A stretch of 34,900 nucleotides of DNA, from positions 1 to 34,900 of the forward strand of contig JBDRLP010000003.1 of assembly GCA_043812975.1 (NCBI GenBank), in the 5' to 3' direction. This DNA is from Candidatus Iainarchaeum sp. GTDB lineage: Archaea; Iainarchaeota; Iainarchaeia; Iainarchaeales; Iainarchaeaceae. Below are positions 1 through 8,937 of this stretch, piece by piece (position 1 is the first letter of the stretch; the number at the start of each line of letters is the position of its first letter). Made by a program: the position numbers and the translations under genes. Below the pieces are notes generated by a model. That model had not been told where the DNA came from, searched no databases, and saw nothing but the letters and a program-made list of their open reading frames with translations.

Positions 1-109
1 GAAGCATTTTGTAAAGATAATAAGAAGCTCCACCAATAGGATATTTGTCAAGTTTTTTTGGCAAATAGACTGCAGCAACACCGCATTCGTCTTTAACTTC
101 ACCAGACAT
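1..109 (-). CDS. purF: amidophosphoribosyltransferase, 5' part (runs off window)
   Basis: Manual translation MSGEVKDECGVAAVYLPKKLDKYPIGGASYYLYKML: short propeptide followed by the Ntn-hydrolase nucleophile motif E-C-G-V; close to purS/L/Q. Confidence 0.85.
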   Translation of the reverse strand, partial: MSGEVKDECGVAAVYLPKKLDKYPIGGASYYLYKML

Positions 110-127
110 AACAACAATTAGATTGAA

Positions 128-370
128 TTAGAGAGAGAATAAAAAGCTTTCCTCCAACCTTTTTCTTTCTCTTCCAAAGAGAAGAGAAACATTGCACTCG
201 CAGAGTGCGATGCCCCCCAGAATCTTTGATTCTGGAAGGAAGCTTGACCAAAAAGAAAGAGAAACGTCTAATGGCCTTTTTCTTGTCCTGTTCAATTCCT
301 CATTAACTTGGAACGAATCAGGATTATTTTTGATGTAGGACGGCTTCAGCAGTTCTGTCAGTTCGGTCAT
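128..370 (-). CDS. hypothetical protein (doubtful; 3' half is the hairpin element at 166-239)
   Basis: ORF track; TATA-like sequence upstream; no recognisable motif. Confidence 0.25.
   Translation of the reverse strand: MTELTELLKPSYIKNNPDSFQVNEELNRTRKRPLDVSLSFWSSFLPESKILGGIALCECNVSLLFGRERKRLEESFLFSL
166..239. repeat. triple-hairpin palindromic element upstream of purF
   Basis: Stems tttctcttc/gaagagaaa, cattgcactc-GCA-gagtgcgatg, ccagaatc-TTT-gattctgg. Confidence 0.7.
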
Positions 371-482
371 TAAACAAAACCAGTTTTTGATTAATATAAG
401 GGATTTGTTTAGTGCAGTATAGTTTTGGTAAACTGATTATTTTCTTCTTGTGTGTTGTTTATTCTTTTGGTATTGATAAAAA

Positions 483-1094
483 TTATATTCTTTTTTTTGG
501 AGGTTTTATTTGTTGTCTTCTCATAGATTCTCCAATCTTTCTTTGTATTCTGATTCGTTCAATTTTGCTTCTTGTTTGTCTGGACTTTTCCTGTTCGTTT
601 TTCATTAATTCCAGTTCATATCTCCTGAAAGCAGATAATGTATCTTGCCAAATGACATTACTTTTAGGCAGTCTTAGTTGCTCGCAAATTACTTCTGCAT
701 GTCCTGGGTGCATCACAATTATTGATTTGCTATTAAGGCGTTCTAGTATTCTGAGCCAACTTTTCTCTCTTTTATCAAGATTTTGGTATGAAGACATATC
801 TTCTGTATGAAGCATAGCCATCCGACGTCTCTTCTCTTTTTCATCTAATGGTATAACTTTTAATCCTGAATTATGAGCTTCAACCACGAGTTGTTGATAT
901 GCTTTAACCCCTAAGATTGCACTGAACTTCCCTTGCAAAGCATCAGCAACATATTCTGGCTGGATCTCTATAAAAAGTTGGTTTTTTCCAGCAATAGCAG
1001 TTCTAAAATTAGGTAATGCATTACTGACATTTCCCAACTCATGAATAACTGAAAACATTATCGGCTTATTTGGTCTGACAACCATTCCTTTCAC
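483..1094 (-). CDS. hypothetical protein, possible TraB/TIKI/EreA/ChaN-like fold, with basic C-terminal tail
   Basis: 203-aa ORF with GAGGG RBS; motif order H..E..D..RExxW..PGH loosely matches the superfamily. Confidence 0.6.
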   Translation of the reverse strand: MKGMVVRPNKPIMFSVIHELGNVSNALPNFRTAIAGKNQLFIEIQPEYVADALQGKFSAILGVKAYQQLVVEAHNSGLKVIPLDEKEKRRRMAMLHTEDMSSYQNLDKREKSWLRILERLNSKSIIVMHPGHAEVICEQLRLPKSNVIWQDTLSAFRRYELELMKNEQEKSRQTRSKIERIRIQRKIGESMRRQQIKPPKKRI

Positions 1095-1285
1095 TAGACC
1101 CTCTGTTTAAACTAATTAAAATAATATCAGTTGAGGCTTTTAAACATAGTCTCCCTGTCTTGTTTGAGTCATTTCCCAAAATACTTCAAGTGCTTCTGGA
1201 TTACCTGCCCTTTCACTCTTTTGGTTTCTACGAGATATTTATTGCATTATTTATTAACTTTTTGTTCTCGAGTTCGTCTGTGTCC

Positions 1286-1384
1286 AGCCTTTTTCTTTTC
1301 GCTAACGTCCTTGTTCCCTTCGGGGACGAGGCCTCACAGAACTTTGTTCTGTAAGGTTTCTTTTTGTGCAACAAAAAAAAGGTT
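1286..1384. repeat. triple-hairpin palindromic element upstream of purS
   Basis: ccttgttccc-TTC-ggggacgagg, cctcacagaac-TTT-gttctgtaagg, tttttgt-GCA-acaaaaa, enclosed by agccttttt...aaaaaggtt. Confidence 0.7.
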
Positions 1385-1413
1385 ATTAAAAAGCTTTCCT
1401 CTCTGAATCAATT

Positions 1414-1887
1414 GTGAAGCAAATGCAAAGAATCGAAGTTGCATTCAAAGACAATAATCTTGACTCTATAGGGCTATCAACCAAAAACAGCATAGAAGAA
1501 GACCTTGGAATTAAAGAAATAGAAACCACTCATTTTTCAGAAATATACTATTTTGATGTTCAAGAAAAATTGAATTTAAAAGAAATAGCAGAAAAAGTTT
1601 TTATTGACCCGATAACACAGACTTTTTCCATTAATGAAGAAATATTTCCAAAATACGATTTTTATTTAGAAGTAAAACTCCACCCTGATGTTACTGATAA
1701 TGTAGGCATAGTTGCACTGGAAGGAGTTAATGATTATTTAGGAAAAGAATTAAACGGAAAAATAATAACAGCAAAAAAGTTTTACTTTGAAGGAAAAGCT
1801 TCTACCGAACAAGTAGAAAGGATTGCAAAAGAACTTTTAGCTAATGAAGTAATTGAAACTTATGAAATTGGTGGTAATAATGAATAA
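1414..1887 (+). CDS. purS: FGAM synthase subunit PurS (double-length, two PurS repeats)
   Basis: Two PurS-like repeats (IAEKVFIDPITQ; VTDNVG...IAKELLANEVIE); first gene of purS-purL-purQ. Confidence 0.85.
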   Translation: MKQMQRIEVAFKDNNLDSIGLSTKNSIEEDLGIKEIETTHFSEIYYFDVQEKLNLKEIAEKVFIDPITQTFSINEEIFPKYDFYLEVKLHPDVTDNVGIVALEGVNDYLGKELNGKIITAKKFYFEGKASTEQVERIAKELLANEVIETYEIGGNNE

Positions 1888-1939
1888 TATGTGCTACCAA
1901 AGGTGCACACCTCTCGACGCGGAGGTGTCCGCGTAATGA
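1878..1939 (+). repeat. GC-rich palindromic insertion at the purS/purL junction, bounded by TAATGA direct repeats
   Basis: TAATGA at 1878-1883 and 1934-1939; hairpins gtgc(t)acc-aaa-ggtgcac, acctct/ggaggt, acgcgga/tccgcgt. Confidence 0.65.
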
Positions 1940-4305
1940 GTGAAATAAAAATTCTTGAACTCAAAGAAGAAGAACTTGCAAAAATTAGTAAAGAAATGCT
2001 GCTTTCACTTGACAATGAAGAAATGAAAACAATACAAGAATATTACAAAAATCTGGGGAGAGAACCAAAACAAATTGAATTGGAAACCCTAGCACAAACC
2101 TGGAGTGAACACTGCAAACACAAAACATTCAACGCAAAAATAAATTACACTGAAAACGGAGAAAAACAGGAAATTACAAGTTTATACAAAAGTTACATCA
2201 AAAAAGCAACAAAAGAATCAACAAAAAAATGGCTGGTTTCAGTTTTCACAGACAACGCAGGGATAATTGAGTTTAATGATAAGTATAATATTGCAATGAA
2301 GGCAGAAACACACAATCACCCTTCAGCATTGGATCCTTACGGAGGAGCCAACACAGGAATCGGCGGGGTAATAAGAGATGTTCTTGGAGCTGGTTTAGGA
2401 GCAAAACCTTTTGCAAACACAGATGTTTTTTGTTTCGCGCCTCATGATTATCCAACAGAAAAAATTCCAAAAGGAATTTTACACCCAAAAAGAATTTTCA
2501 AAGGAGTAAGACAAGGAGTAATGGATTATGGAAACAGAATAGGTATTCCCACAGTAAACGGAGCAATATTGTTTGACGACCGCTACTTAGGAAACCCCTT
2601 GGTTTACTGCGGAACCGTAGGATTAATTCCAAAAGGAATGGAAACCAAAAAAGCAAATCCAGGAGATTTAATAGTCACAATCGGGGGACGCACAGGAAGA
2701 GACGGAATTCACGGAGCAACCTTTTCCTCAATAGAATTAGATGAAAACACTTCTTCAAGTGCAGTACAAATAGGAAACCCGATAGAAGAAAAAAAGATGC
2801 TGGATGCAATTCTTAAAGCAAGGGATTTAGGATTATACACTGCTATTACAGATTGCGGAGCAGGAGGCTTTTCAAGCGCAGTCGGAGAAATGGGTGAAAA
2901 AATAGGTGCAAAAGTACATCTTGAAAAAGTGCCTTTGAAGTACAAGGGTTTGAAACCTTGGGAAATCTGGTTAAGCGAAGCACAGGAAAGAATGATATTA
3001 GCTGTCCCTCAGAAAAACTTTGATAAGATAAAGGAAATATGCGATACTGAAGGAACAGAAGCAACAATAATCGGAGAGTATACAAACACGAAAAAACTTG
3101 AACTTTATTATGAAGGAGAACTTGCAGGAGAATTAGAAATGAGTTTCATGCATGGTGGAGTTCCTTGTAAAAATCTGGAAGCTGAATGGAATAAGCCTGA
3201 TGAAAAGGAAATTGAAACTGAAAATAAAAATCTTGGAGAATCTTTGAAAAAACTTTTAGGAATGCCAAACATTGCTTCCAAGGAAACAACAGTAAGAGGT
3301 TATGATCATGAAGTTCAGGGAGGCACAGTAGCAAAGCCCTTTGTCGGAAAAGAAAATGATGGTCCTGCAGATGCAGCAATTGTAAGACCTTTATTAGATG
3401 ACTGGAAAGGAACTGTTATTTCAAACGGAATTAACCCTGATTATTCAGATAAGGATGCTTACTGGATGGCTTGTTCTGTTATAGATGAAGCATTGCGAAA
3501 CGCGATTTGTGTTGGAGCAGATTTTGAAAAAATTGCTATTCTTGATAATTTTTCATGGGGCTCTCCTGAAAAACCAAAAGTTCTTGGGGAACTAATCAGA
3601 GCATGCAAAGGCTGCTATGATGCTTCAAAAGGTTTTGATGTTCCTTTTATTTCAGGAAAAGATTCTCTTTACAACGAGTATTCAAGTGGAGATAATACAA
3701 TAACAATTCCAGGAACATTACTGATTTCTGCAGTTGGAATTATTGAGGACTCAAGAAAAAAAGTATCAATGCCTTTCAAAAAAGAAGGTAACCCGATTTA
3801 CATTATAGGTGAAACTTATCCGGAATTAGGCGCAGGACATTACGCAAAACTTCTGAATTCACCTGATGGGAAAGTTCCGGAAGTAAGATTTGAAAAAGCC
3901 AGAAAAACATTTTCAAAATTATCAAAACTAATGGCTTCACAAAATGAAGAAAAAATAGTTTTAGCATGCCATGACTGCAGTGAAGGAGGAATAGGAGTTA
4001 GCGTTGCAGAAATGTGTTTTGCTTCAGGAAAAGGAGCAGAATTATTTTTGAAAAAAGTCCCTCTGGGAAAAGAAATTGCACAGGATGACTTTGTCTTGTT
4101 TTCAGAATCAAATTCAAGGTTTATTGTTGAAATAGATACAGGGAAAAAGAAAGAATTTGAGAAAGCAATGCAGGGAACTGCTTTTGCAGAAATCGGCAAT
4201 ATCTGTGGTAAAAGCCTTGTGGTTAATGGATTAAATGGAAATAAGGTTTTGCAGGAAGGAATTGAGGATTTAAAGAGAGCTTGGAAAAAAACTTTGGGAT
4301 GGTAA
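1936..4305 (+). CDS. purL: FGAM synthase subunit PurL
   Basis: WSEHCKH, ETHNHPS, GRDGIHGA, DCGAGG, SEAQERM, SGKDS, FSES motifs; ATG 1936 preceded by GGAGGTG. Confidence 0.97.
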   Translation: MSEIKILELKEEELAKISKEMLLSLDNEEMKTIQEYYKNLGREPKQIELETLAQTWSEHCKHKTFNAKINYTENGEKQEITSLYKSYIKKATKESTKKWLVSVFTDNAGIIEFNDKYNIAMKAETHNHPSALDPYGGANTGIGGVIRDVLGAGLGAKPFANTDVFCFAPHDYPTEKIPKGILHPKRIFKGVRQGVMDYGNRIGIPTVNGAILFDDRYLGNPLVYCGTVGLIPKGMETKKANPGDLIVTIGGRTGRDGIHGATFSSIELDENTSSSAVQIGNPIEEKKMLDAILKARDLGLYTAITDCGAGGFSSAVGEMGEKIGAKVHLEKVPLKYKGLKPWEIWLSEAQERMILAVPQKNFDKIKEICDTEGTEATIIGEYTNTKKLELYYEGELAGELEMSFMHGGVPCKNLEAEWNKPDEKEIETENKNLGESLKKLLGMPNIASKETTVRGYDHEVQGGTVAKPFVGKENDGPADAAIVRPLLDDWKGTVISNGINPDYSDKDAYWMACSVIDEALRNAICVGADFEKIAILDNFSWGSPEKPKVLGELIRACKGCYDASKGFDVPFISGKDSLYNEYSSGDNTITIPGTLLISAVGIIEDSRKKVSMPFKKEGNPIYIIGETYPELGAGHYAKLLNSPDGKVPEVRFEKARKTFSKLSKLMASQNEEKIVLACHDCSEGGIGVSVAEMCFASGKGAELFLKKVPLGKEIAQDDFVLFSESNSRFIVEIDTGKKKEFEKAMQGTAFAEIGNICGKSLVVNGLNGNKVLQEGIEDLKRAWKKTLGW

Positions 4306-4308
4306 AAA

Positions 4309-5049
4309 ATGAAGGCGATTATACTAAGAGCAGCGGGAACAAACTGTGATTATGAAATGGAGTTTGCTTTGAAAAAAGCAGGGTTTGAAACAGGAAATGT
4401 TCACGTGAATGAACTGATTTCTAAAAAGAAAAAACTTTCTGATTATCAACTGTTAGGGATTCCCGGTGGTTTTAGTGCAGGGGATTATATTGGTTCTGGA
4501 AAAGTATTTGCAAACAAATTGCTTTACAAATTAAACAATGATGTTCCTGATTTTATTAACAAAGGAAATTTAGTTGTGGGTATTTGTAATGGTTTTCAGG
4601 TTCTTGTAAAAGCAGGAATCCTTCCTGGTTTTGAAAAGGATTACCAGAAACAATTAACAACTTTAACACTTAATGACCCGCTTGGTTTCCAGTGCAGATG
4701 GATTAAATTGAAAAAACAGGATACAATTAGTGTTTTTGCTGAAGGAATTGATGAGCTAAATTGTCCTATTGCACACGGAGAAGGCAAGTTTGTTGTGGAA
4801 AACAAGGCTATTCTTGAGAAGCTTTATGAGAATAAACAGGTTGTTTTCAAGTACGTGAAAAATCCTAATGGTTCAAGAGATGATATTGCAGGAATATGTG
4901 ATGAAACAGGAAGGGTTCTTGGAATGATGCCTCATCCTGAAAGAAATCTTTTCGGAATTAATGCACCTAATTCTTCTTTCGGAAAAATAAGCAATGAAGG
5001 CGAAGGAATGCAGATGTTCAGGAATGCTTTTGAGTATCTCAAAAAATGA
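4309..5049 (+). CDS. purQ: FGAM synthase glutaminase subunit PurQ
   Basis: GTNC, PGGFSAGD, GICNGFQ, AHGEG, MPHPER. Confidence 0.97.
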   Translation: MKAIILRAAGTNCDYEMEFALKKAGFETGNVHVNELISKKKKLSDYQLLGIPGGFSAGDYIGSGKVFANKLLYKLNNDVPDFINKGNLVVGICNGFQVLVKAGILPGFEKDYQKQLTTLTLNDPLGFQCRWIKLKKQDTISVFAEGIDELNCPIAHGEGKFVVENKAILEKLYENKQVVFKYVKNPNGSRDDIAGICDETGRVLGMMPHPERNLFGINAPNSSFGKISNEGEGMQMFRNAFEYLKK

Positions 5050-5094
5050 GGTCAAATACAAAAAGTTAAAAACAAGAAAAACGTTTACTTTTAC

Positions 5095-5706
5095 ATGAAA
5101 AAAAGAGCATACATTCTTTCCGCAATTGTAATACTCGCATTTGCATGGTATTATCTTATTTACAGCGGACGTCCTCTAACTCTGAATTTTATTAATGCAA
5201 TTGTGGCTTTCTCCGCAACAATAATAATAGGCCTATCAGCACTCATGGGTCCAGTAGCAAGATTCGTGCCCAAGTGGAAAAGTATTCTGGAAATGAGAAG
5301 ACCACTTGGTATAATAGGCTTCGGGTTGGCAGCACTTCACCTGATGATTGTAGTACCACTATTGCTTGAGGAACCATCAGAAGTATTTCTTGGAGATGTT
5401 GTTTCAATAGTGGTTGCAGGAGTTGCATTTGTAATCTTCACACTCATGGCACTTACATCCACATCAAAGTGGGTTGAAAAGCTTGGTTATGATAACTGGA
5501 AAATGCTTCAGCGTCTTGGTTACCTTGCAATGGCACTTGTGCTTTTTCACATTATACTTCTTGAACAGGGAGTGTTCCTCGGAAGGCTGAGCGGACAAAT
5601 ATCAATAATATTTGTTCTAGCAGTAATATTATTGAGAGCAGTTGCATTTATTTTCAAAAAGCCAGAGGCAAAAACACCAATAAACAAGCTTGTACTTGAA
5701 CATTAA
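5095..5706 (+). CDS. ferric-reductase-like transmembrane protein (MsrQ/YedZ family)
   Basis: RRPLGIIGF..AALH, MALTS, WKMLQRLGY..LFH; about six hydrophobic segments. Confidence 0.85.
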   Translation: MKKRAYILSAIVILAFAWYYLIYSGRPLTLNFINAIVAFSATIIIGLSALMGPVARFVPKWKSILEMRRPLGIIGFGLAALHLMIVVPLLLEEPSEVFLGDVVSIVVAGVAFVIFTLMALTSTSKWVEKLGYDNWKMLQRLGYLAMALVLFHIILLEQGVFLGRLSGQISIIFVLAVILLRAVAFIFKKPEAKTPINKLVLEH

Positions 5707-5710
5707 ATAA

Positions 5711-5762
5711 GTATTATCGAGTCCAAACGAAGATAATACGCTTTACCGCCGCAAGCAGGCGG
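5711..5762. repeat. two-hairpin REP-like element
   Basis: gtattatc-GAG-tccaaac-GAA-gataatac, linker, ccgcc-gcaagca-ggcgg. Confidence 0.65.
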
Positions 5763-5880
5763 CGAAACATACCTTTATATTAAGCTTCAAAGAGGATTAT
5801 GAAAGTTAAACCGGCAAAAATAAGGAATTATTTCCAATAATTTACTGTTTTGCAGGATATAGTATATAGGAGAGAAATCA

Positions 5881-6045
5881 ATGGGTTTTAACGACAAATT
5901 CGGTGGCGGCTCAAGAGAAATGCACAAAGCAACTTGCTCAGATTGTGGTAAGGAAACTGAAGTGCCTTTCAAACCAGCAGACGACAGACCAGTTTACTGC
6001 AGGGATTGCTACCAAAAACACAGACCACCAAGAAACAATTACTAA
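5881..6045 (+). CDS. small CxxC-x17-CxxC zinc-binding protein (54 aa, not in ORF track)
   Basis: MGFNDKFGGGSREMHKATCSDCGKETEVPFKPADDRPVYCRDCYQKHRPPRNNY; AGGAG RBS; signature EVPFKP...PVYCRDC. Confidence 0.92.
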   Translation: MGFNDKFGGGSREMHKATCSDCGKETEVPFKPADDRPVYCRDCYQKHRPPRNNY

Positions 6046-6084
6046 ATAACTAGTTTTTTCTTAAAACTTTGTGAATTTTAACAA

Positions 6085-6118
6085 GGCCCTCTATTAGAGG
6101 GCAAATTCTACTTTTTTA
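6085..6118 (+). terminator. putative terminator hairpin with T tract
   Basis: gccctct-att-agagggc followed by ctttttt. Confidence 0.45.
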
Positions 6119-6215
6119 AAAAACAAAATTCTCTACTTAGTTTACACTCAAAATCTTAAAAAAAGCAAATTCGTATTTAAAAGTTTCTAACTTATTTGAA
6201 TAGAAGTGAAATTCT

Positions 6216-7115
6216 TTGAAAACAAATTATTCACAACTTAATTATACTGAAATCCAATCTAACCCTATTTTAGATATTGGAGCTCGTTTATGGGAAAAAG
6301 ATAGGTCTGAGGCCTTCAAAACATGTTACAAGGCAATGAGATTTGTGGATAATCTTGTTGATAACAGGAAATCGACAGGAGAAAAAATTTCAGAGGAAGA
6401 AAAAGCACATTATATTTCTTTAATCAACAATTGGGAATCAAACACTGCTTTAATGCAGGGGCCTTTTCAGAAAGAACTTTTGGATACTGTAAAAAAATTT
6501 GATATTCCCCAATGGCCGTGGAAAAAATTTGCTAATTCAATGATTTACGATTTAAACCACGATGGTTTTGATACTTTCCAAGATTTCTTAGATTATTCTG
6601 AAGGAGCTGCCGTTGCTCCTGCAGCCATTGGAGTTCACATTTGCAGTGCAAAAAAAGAAAACGGAAAATACATCGAACCAAAGTTTGATGTTGTTGAATT
6701 CACGAGACCAATGGCTTATTTTGCTTACATTGTTCACATTATTAGAGATTTTGAAAAGGAGGTTAAAAGTAATTTGAATTATTTTTCGGATGATTTAATG
6801 AAAGAAAACAACTTGGATTTTGAAAAGTTCAGGGAAATCGCTTCCGGCGGAAAAATACCTGCGGGTTTCCGTGCTTTAATGAAAAAATATTATGAACTTG
6901 CTGAAAAATACCAAAAGGAAGCCCGAAAAACTTTTGACAAAACACTTCCTCTTTTAGATTCTCAATATAGAATGAGCATAGAGGTTATTTACAGTTTGTA
7001 CTCGCAGGTTTTTGAAAAAATTGATGTTGCAAACGGAACTTTTTCCGCTGCAGAATTAAACCCTACTCCTGAAGAAATAAAAGAAAGAATTGATCTCACT
7101 ATTTCTAAAGTTTAA
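6216..7115 (+). CDS. squalene/phytoene synthase family protein
   Basis: Y..MRFVDNLVD (DxxxD), F.TFQDFLDYSEGAA, HIIRDF second motif, Y..VFEKI. Confidence 0.8.
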   Translation: MKTNYSQLNYTEIQSNPILDIGARLWEKDRSEAFKTCYKAMRFVDNLVDNRKSTGEKISEEEKAHYISLINNWESNTALMQGPFQKELLDTVKKFDIPQWPWKKFANSMIYDLNHDGFDTFQDFLDYSEGAAVAPAAIGVHICSAKKENGKYIEPKFDVVEFTRPMAYFAYIVHIIRDFEKEVKSNLNYFSDDLMKENNLDFEKFREIASGGKIPAGFRALMKKYYELAEKYQKEARKTFDKTLPLLDSQYRMSIEVIYSLYSQVFEKIDVANGTFSAAELNPTPEEIKERIDLTISKV

Positions 7116-7118
7116 TTT

Positions 7119-7448
7119 TTATAATAAGAAAAATCCAATCGCGGCTGAAAGAATGTTCATTGCTGAAGCAATTAGCAATGATTCTTTAAACTGTTTTCTA
7201 AAAATGCGTTTTATGAAAATTGTTTCAGTCAAAACCACTAATAATTCAACAATTACAAATGCTGCAAAAAAATCCTCATTAAAGAAAAAAGAAAGAACAA
7301 TCCAAACAACAGGAAGGGTTATTGTATTGATTTTAAGCAACCCAATAATTTCTTCATTAAAATTCTTTTTTAAAATTAAATGCAATGGAATGAATTCAAT
7401 TAAATTGGTCAACACATAAGCAAGTAGAAAACTTGAAACCAAATTCAT
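7119..7448 (-). CDS. small membrane protein
   Basis: About four hydrophobic segments with T..IE, N.IT.P, E..V...E, N..S motifs; overlaps the upstream gene by 4 nt. Confidence 0.75.
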   Translation of the reverse strand: MNLVSSFLLAYVLTNLIEFIPLHLILKKNFNEEIIGLLKINTITLPVVWIVLSFFFNEDFFAAFVIVELLVVLTETIFIKRIFRKQFKESLLIASAMNILSAAIGFFLL

Positions 7449-7918
7449 TTCTTCGCCTTTACAACAAAGATTATTATAATTATAAGAACTACTGCAAGAG
7501 CTCCAAACATTAACAAGTAATCAGTTAAAGGATCCGAAGGCACAGTATCAGGAATTTGTTCCTGTGTTTTCAAATCCATTTGTTTTGTTTCTTCATTCAA
7601 CGACATTACTTTGAAAATCGTGTGCCCTGATTTCAAATCAATTTCCTGTGAAGCAATTGCATTAGAAATCTCAAGAGCCTGCCCGCGAGGAATAGCATAA
7701 ACCGTAATATGAGTATTCAATTTGTAAACATTAGTTTCTTCAGTAACCGGTTCTAATTTATCAGGCCAAATATTTCCTGCATATAAAAATTCATAACCCG
7801 GATATTCAATGTCATTAGAAATTGAAAAAGAGTAACTAGGACTTGGGCCAATATCAGCACTAACAAAAGAGGCTGCAAAAAGCACGAAAAGCAAAATTAA
7901 TAATATTCTGAATTTCAT
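7445..7918 (-). CDS. secreted, C-terminally anchored surface protein
   Basis: Start re-called at MKFRILL; signal peptide ending VSA-DIGP; C-terminal TM + KAKK. Confidence 0.75.
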   Translation of the reverse strand: MKFRILLILLFVLFAASFVSADIGPSPSYSFSISNDIEYPGYEFLYAGNIWPDKLEPVTEETNVYKLNTHITVYAIPRGQALEISNAIASQEIDLKSGHTIFKVMSLNEETKQMDLKTQEQIPDTVPSDPLTDYLLMFGALAVVLIIIIIFVVKAKK

Positions 7919-7973
7919 GCAAATATAAGGTCTAAACTCAAATATATTATTTTCTAATTGATTAAAATTTTGA

Positions 7974-8798
7974 CTAAGGCGTCTTGTCAATAACCTGCTT
8001 GGCTTTTTCTTCCAAATAAGAAACAATCTTTTCAGCAAAGTTATAACCTAAACTTTCAAATGCTTTGAAACCAGGACTTCTGTTAACCTCAATAATAAAC
8101 AACCCTCTTTTGGATACTCCTACATCAATCCCTGCAATTTCTGTAGCAACTGATTTTGCTGCACGCACAGAAATACGTTTAACAGAGCCGGGAATTCTTG
8201 CACGCTTAGGTTCCGCCCCCTGATTAATATTATGCAACCACGAGTCTGAAATTTTCTCCATTACTCCTTCATACTTATCTCCAACAACATAAACCCTGTA
8301 CTCATTTTGAATATCTACAAATTCCTGAGCAATAAAATCTTTTTCCACAAACTTTTTCAAATACTTTTCAATCTTTTCTTTACGCACTCTTCTGATGCCT
8401 CTTCCACGCTTTCCGAAAATAGGTTTGAGTACAATAAAATCAGATTTGAATTTTTTTATTTTTTCAAGATTTTCTTTTTTGAACAAAACAGTCATTGGTA
8501 CGAATAAATGTTTCTTTCCGAAAATCCTATAATTCTCAAGTTTGTTCCGGTCAATCCTAAGAGATATTTTCTCATCCACAACAACCTTACCTGCCTTGAC
8601 AAACCGTTCAGCAATTCTTTCAGCCATCAAAACTTTTCCTTCAATAGCTCTGAACAAAACTATATCAAACTTTTTAGGATAAATCTTCAAACCCCTTTTA
8701 AGAATCCTAAAAGTAACCACATGAGCCCTTTTACGTGCCTCCAAGACAATACGTCTTATCTCTATCTGAGGCTCAACTGAAAGTATCAATAATTTCAT
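7974..8798 (-). CDS. RimK/LysX-family ATP-grasp ligase
   Basis: NK, VP.T, VLKP..GKRGRG, QEFV, EYRVYVVG, NINQG, GIDV, IEVNRSPGF. Confidence 0.88.
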   Translation of the reverse strand: MKLLILSVEPQIEIRRIVLEARKRAHVVTFRILKRGLKIYPKKFDIVLFRAIEGKVLMAERIAERFVKAGKVVVDEKISLRIDRNKLENYRIFGKKHLFVPMTVLFKKENLEKIKKFKSDFIVLKPIFGKRGRGIRRVRKEKIEKYLKKFVEKDFIAQEFVDIQNEYRVYVVGDKYEGVMEKISDSWLHNINQGAEPKRARIPGSVKRISVRAAKSVATEIAGIDVGVSKRGLFIIEVNRSPGFKAFESLGYNFAEKIVSYLEEKAKQVIDKTP

Positions 8799-8895
8799 TA
8801 AACAAAATTCCCTGAGAAGTGTTAAAAAGGGAAGCTAAACAACCAAGACCTCCAAATCAAAAATACTAACTAATAACCCATTAATAGAGGGGATT

Positions 8896-8937
8896 TTATT
8901 TCTTCTTAGCTGCTGGTTTCTTCTTTTTTGCTGTCAT
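8896..8937 (-). CDS. 13-aa lysine-rich micropeptide MTAKKKKPAAKKK
   Basis: AAGGAGGT Shine-Dalgarno 7 nt upstream of ATG; TAA stop. Confidence 0.6.
   Translation of the reverse strand: MTAKKKKPAAKKK

Noticed and set aside
412..810. Antisense and shadow ORFs from the track (for example 412..810, 1131..1406, 3840..4199, 11130..11615, 27464..27967, 32024..32461)
   Set aside because: They overlap well-supported genes or palindromic elements and have no motifs
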